Origin: Octopus bimaculoides
Taxonomy: Eukaryota
Length of the DNA: 36,118 nt
Direction of reading: 5' to 3'
NCBI RefSeq assembly: GCF_001194135.2
Contig: NC_068990.1
Location: 45,357,934 to 45,394,051 of the forward strand
Numbering within the stretch: the first letter of the stretch is position 1; each line of letters starts with the position of its first letter. Shown in pieces: positions 33,446-36,118 of this stretch. The notes below the pieces were generated by a model that made no database searches, was not told the origin of the DNA, and worked only from the letters and a program-made list of their open reading frames with translations. A program made the position numbers and the translations under genes.

Positions 33446-33774
33446 ATGTGAGATTATAATTCATTCTTATAATTTTACTACACTGCTAATTTCTTTATAC
33501 CGTATATACGTTAGCACCAGTTTCAAATATTGATTGAATTATCACAGATTTTAAACCAGCTATGATAAAGACCATAAAACAAAAGTATGCCAATTTTGAG
33601 ACTTTTAACATAAATATGACACACACAAAAAAAGAACACACAAAAAAAAAAGAACACACAATACCATTTTTAAAAAATCATTTTAAAAAATGTGACGATA
33701 TAACTTTTTTCAATTACTGTATTTCAAATATTTGTTGCAATTTAACGAATTTGTGATACAAGAAACAGGTACTT

Positions 33775-33944
33775 CCAGGTGTGGCTGTGTGATAGAAGTT
33801 TGCTTCCCAACCACATGGTTCCAGGTTCAGTCCCACTACACAGTACCTTCGATATGCATCTTCTACTATAGCCTTGTGCTGACCGAAGCCTTGTGAGTGG
33901 GTTTGATCAATGGACACTGAAAACACCATTGTATGTGTGTGGAG

Positions 33945-33977
<33 letters not shown>

Positions 33978-34001
33978 TGGAGAGAGAGAGATGTGTGTGT
34001 G

Positions 34002-34048
<47 letters not shown>

Positions 34049-34255
34049 ATGTATCTGTTTCTGCATTTGTGTTTGTCACACACCACCATTTGACAACTAG
34101 TGTTGGTTTGTTTATGTCTCTTTAACTTAGTGAATCAGCAAAAGAGAGTACCAGTCTTAAAAATAAATACTGGGGTAGATTTATTTGACTAGAAACATCA
34201 AGGTGATGCCCAGCATGGCTGCAGTCCAATGAGTGAAACAAATAAAAGATAAAAG
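33775..34255 (+). repeat. Composite SINE: head + (TG)/(GA) microsatellite + tail A
   Basis: GTGGCTGTGTGATAGAAGTTTGCTTCCCAACCACATGGTTCCAGGTTCAGTCCCAC head; tail ends GAAACAAATAAAAGATAAAAGA. Confidence 0.8.
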
Positions 34256-34547
34256 AATTGTATTTCAATCATCTATTTTTGATTAACTGACTCCAAACTG
34301 CAGTACGTAATTATGTTCCTTTATATTCTAATTTTATTTTCCCCTGGGTATGATAGGTACCACTTACAAAGACTGATTCAATTAACTCCACTGCACTCAC
34401 AATGCACCACATCCTACCCTTAATAAATTTTTGACTTTTCTATTTTTCATTGCCAATATTCAAAATCATTTTAATTAATACTTCTAATGAATTATTGTTG
34501 AAGATATGCCATTGTTATTTTTCTTTCTTTCTTTCTTTCTTTCTTAG

Positions 34548-34768
34548 GAGGTAATCTAGAATGTGTAAAGTTACTACTGGAGCATAACTGTATTACATCT
34601 ACCTCAGACATCAAAGCTCAAACACCTCTCTTCCTAGCACTTCGAAATCAACACTTTGATGTTGCAAGATTTCTTCTCATCCATGGTGCAAACCCAGATG
34701 GAGATTTGGCCAATGCTGCAACTCCACTCTGTCATGCAGCTTGGCATGGTGACTTAGAAGCAATAAAG
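34548..34768 (+). CDS. Ankyrin-repeat protein, ASB1/ASB12-like, second coding exon
   Basis: (TTTC)n-TTAG acceptor, phase 1/0, GTTTGT donor. GGNLECVKLLLEHNCITSTSDIKAQTPLFLALRNQHFDVARFLLIHGANPDGDLANAATPLCHAAWHGDLEAIK. DIKAQTPLF...GAxPxG resembles ASB12 DVKAQTPLF and ASB1 DVKGQTAL...GADPNG (recalled). The SOCS box is not in the window. Confidence 0.85.
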
Positions 34769-34819
34769 GTTTGTGATAAATTTTATATATACGTGTGTGT
34801 GTGTGTGTGTGTGTGTTAT

Positions 34820-35100
34820 CATCATCAACATCATCATTTAATGTCCACACTTCCATGTTTACATGGGTCAGACAGAATTTGTTGAGGCAGATTTTCTCCA
34901 GGCAGATTTTCTCCAGGCAGATGCCCTTCCTGTCACTAACCCTCACTAGTTTCCAAGCAAGGTAATATTACCCTGTGACTAGACACAAAAGATAAGAAAT
35001 GAACAATCTTGTTTGTATGACAATGATGCTCATTTACACTCATCATGTGATGTCTAGACAAGGATTCCTGCAAACACACGCACACACTCTCACACACACA
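34820..35100 (-). repeat. SINE tail module with RTE-like 3' end
   Basis: CATTTAATGTCCACACTTCCATG...GATGCCCTTCCTGTCAC...GTGATGTCTAGACAAGG followed by (CA)n. Confidence 0.7.
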
Positions 35101-35164
35101 CAAACAAGGATATATATACATATATATGTGTGTATGTGTATATATATATAGGCGTGGCTCATAG

Positions 35165-35558
35165 GTGCAGGTTTGGCTATGTGGTAAGAAGTTTGCTTCC
35201 TAACCACATGATCCCAGGTTCAGTCCCACTGTGTGGCACCTTGGGCAAGTGTCTTCTACCATAGCTTTAGGCCGACCAAAGCCTTGTGAGTGCATTTGGT
35301 AAATGGAAACTGAAAGAAACCTGTTGCATATGTACATATATATGTGTTTGTGTTTGTCCCCCCACCACTGCTTGACAACCAGTACTGATGTGTTTATGTC
35401 CCTGTAACTTAGTAGTTCGGCAAAAGAGACTGATAGAATAAGTAACAGGCTTTAAAAAGACTAAGCACTGGGGTCAATACATTTAACTAAAAATTCTTCA
35501 AGGCAGTGCCCTAGCATGACCACAGTCTAATGGCTAAAACAAGTAAAAGATAAAAGAT
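35165..35558 (+). repeat. Composite SINE: head + (TA)/(TG) + tail A
   Basis: Same architecture as 33775-34255; ends AAAACAAGTAAAAGATAAAAGA. Confidence 0.8.
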
Positions 35559-35882
35559 ATATATAAATATATGTATAAGATAGTGCTTTTGTTGGCTATT
35601 GAGTTGTTTTGACTCTTATTTCTAGCAATAATGGTGCTGCTTAGTGCCCTTGTTCACTTTAGTTATGCATATACTTTTGCCTTTAGATTGTAAAATTGCG
35701 AGTTAGCCACCCATATTATATATATAGTTGCAATAAACAATCGTACTGCATTACCTCTCGATATCCTTGTTGCTTATTTTGATTTTAATCACCTTACTTT
35801 GAAATTGTATGGATAATACCGTACTAAATTCTGGTGCCTAAACTTAAGTACCATATTCACCTGAATCTATATTATATATTAT

Positions 35883-36118
35883 ATCATCATCATCATCGTC
35901 GTTTAACGTCCGCTTTCCATGCTAGCATGGGTTGGACGATTTGACTGAGGACTGGTGAAACCGGATGGCAACACCAGGCTCCAATCTAATTTGGCAGAGT
36001 TTCTACAGCTGGATGCCCTTCCTAACGCCAACCACTCAGAGAGTGTAGTGGGTGCTTTTACGTGTCACCCGCACGAAAACGGCCACGCTCGAAATGGTGT
36101 CTTTTATGTGCCACCCGC
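35883..36118 (-). mobile_element. Young RTE 3' end, runs off the window edge
   Basis: Only 2 mismatches seen by eye against 8826-9040 over about 215 bp. Confidence 0.9.

Noticed and set aside
33714-34125. Stacked ORFs on both strands (also 3425-3725 and 9801-10067)
   Set aside because: Stop-free dinucleotide microsatellites translate as ER/SL/HT/CV runs; not genes.

Overview
AT-rich, repeat-dense animal genomic DNA. The repeat families (GAT-tailed RTE LINEs, microsatellite-bearing tRNA-type SINEs) look like an octopus/cephalopod draft assembly; this is an inference. Two spliced + strand genes are only partly visible in the ORF track. (1) RWDD3/RSUME: four in-phase coding exons at 9262-9459, 11138-11532, 11848-11975 and 12772-12889; the first coding exon was not found. 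(2) An ASB1/ASB12-like ankyrin-repeat gene: exons 22361-22556 and 34548-34768, continuing past the window. Much of the rest is decayed or nested mobile DNA: a mariner with TIRs and TA TSD, many RTE fragments including a very young subfamily, a ~3 kb R4/Dong-type LINE, HERO-like and CR1/L2-like 3' fragments, a near-complete hAT split by an RTE, hAT and piggyBac MITEs, a Helitron-like element, a probable solo LTR and several SINE families. I found no clearly new multi-gene system. The best leads are the unusual hAT transposase, the PHD-like finger inside the RTE reverse transcriptase, TSD-less RTE insertions, a solo LTR and hairpin at the RWDD3 3' end, a candidate cassette exon in the ankyrin gene, modular SINEs and a perfect 32-bp palindrome. 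Repeat boundaries without a TSD/TIR are approximate. Family names come from motif recognition, not database searches.
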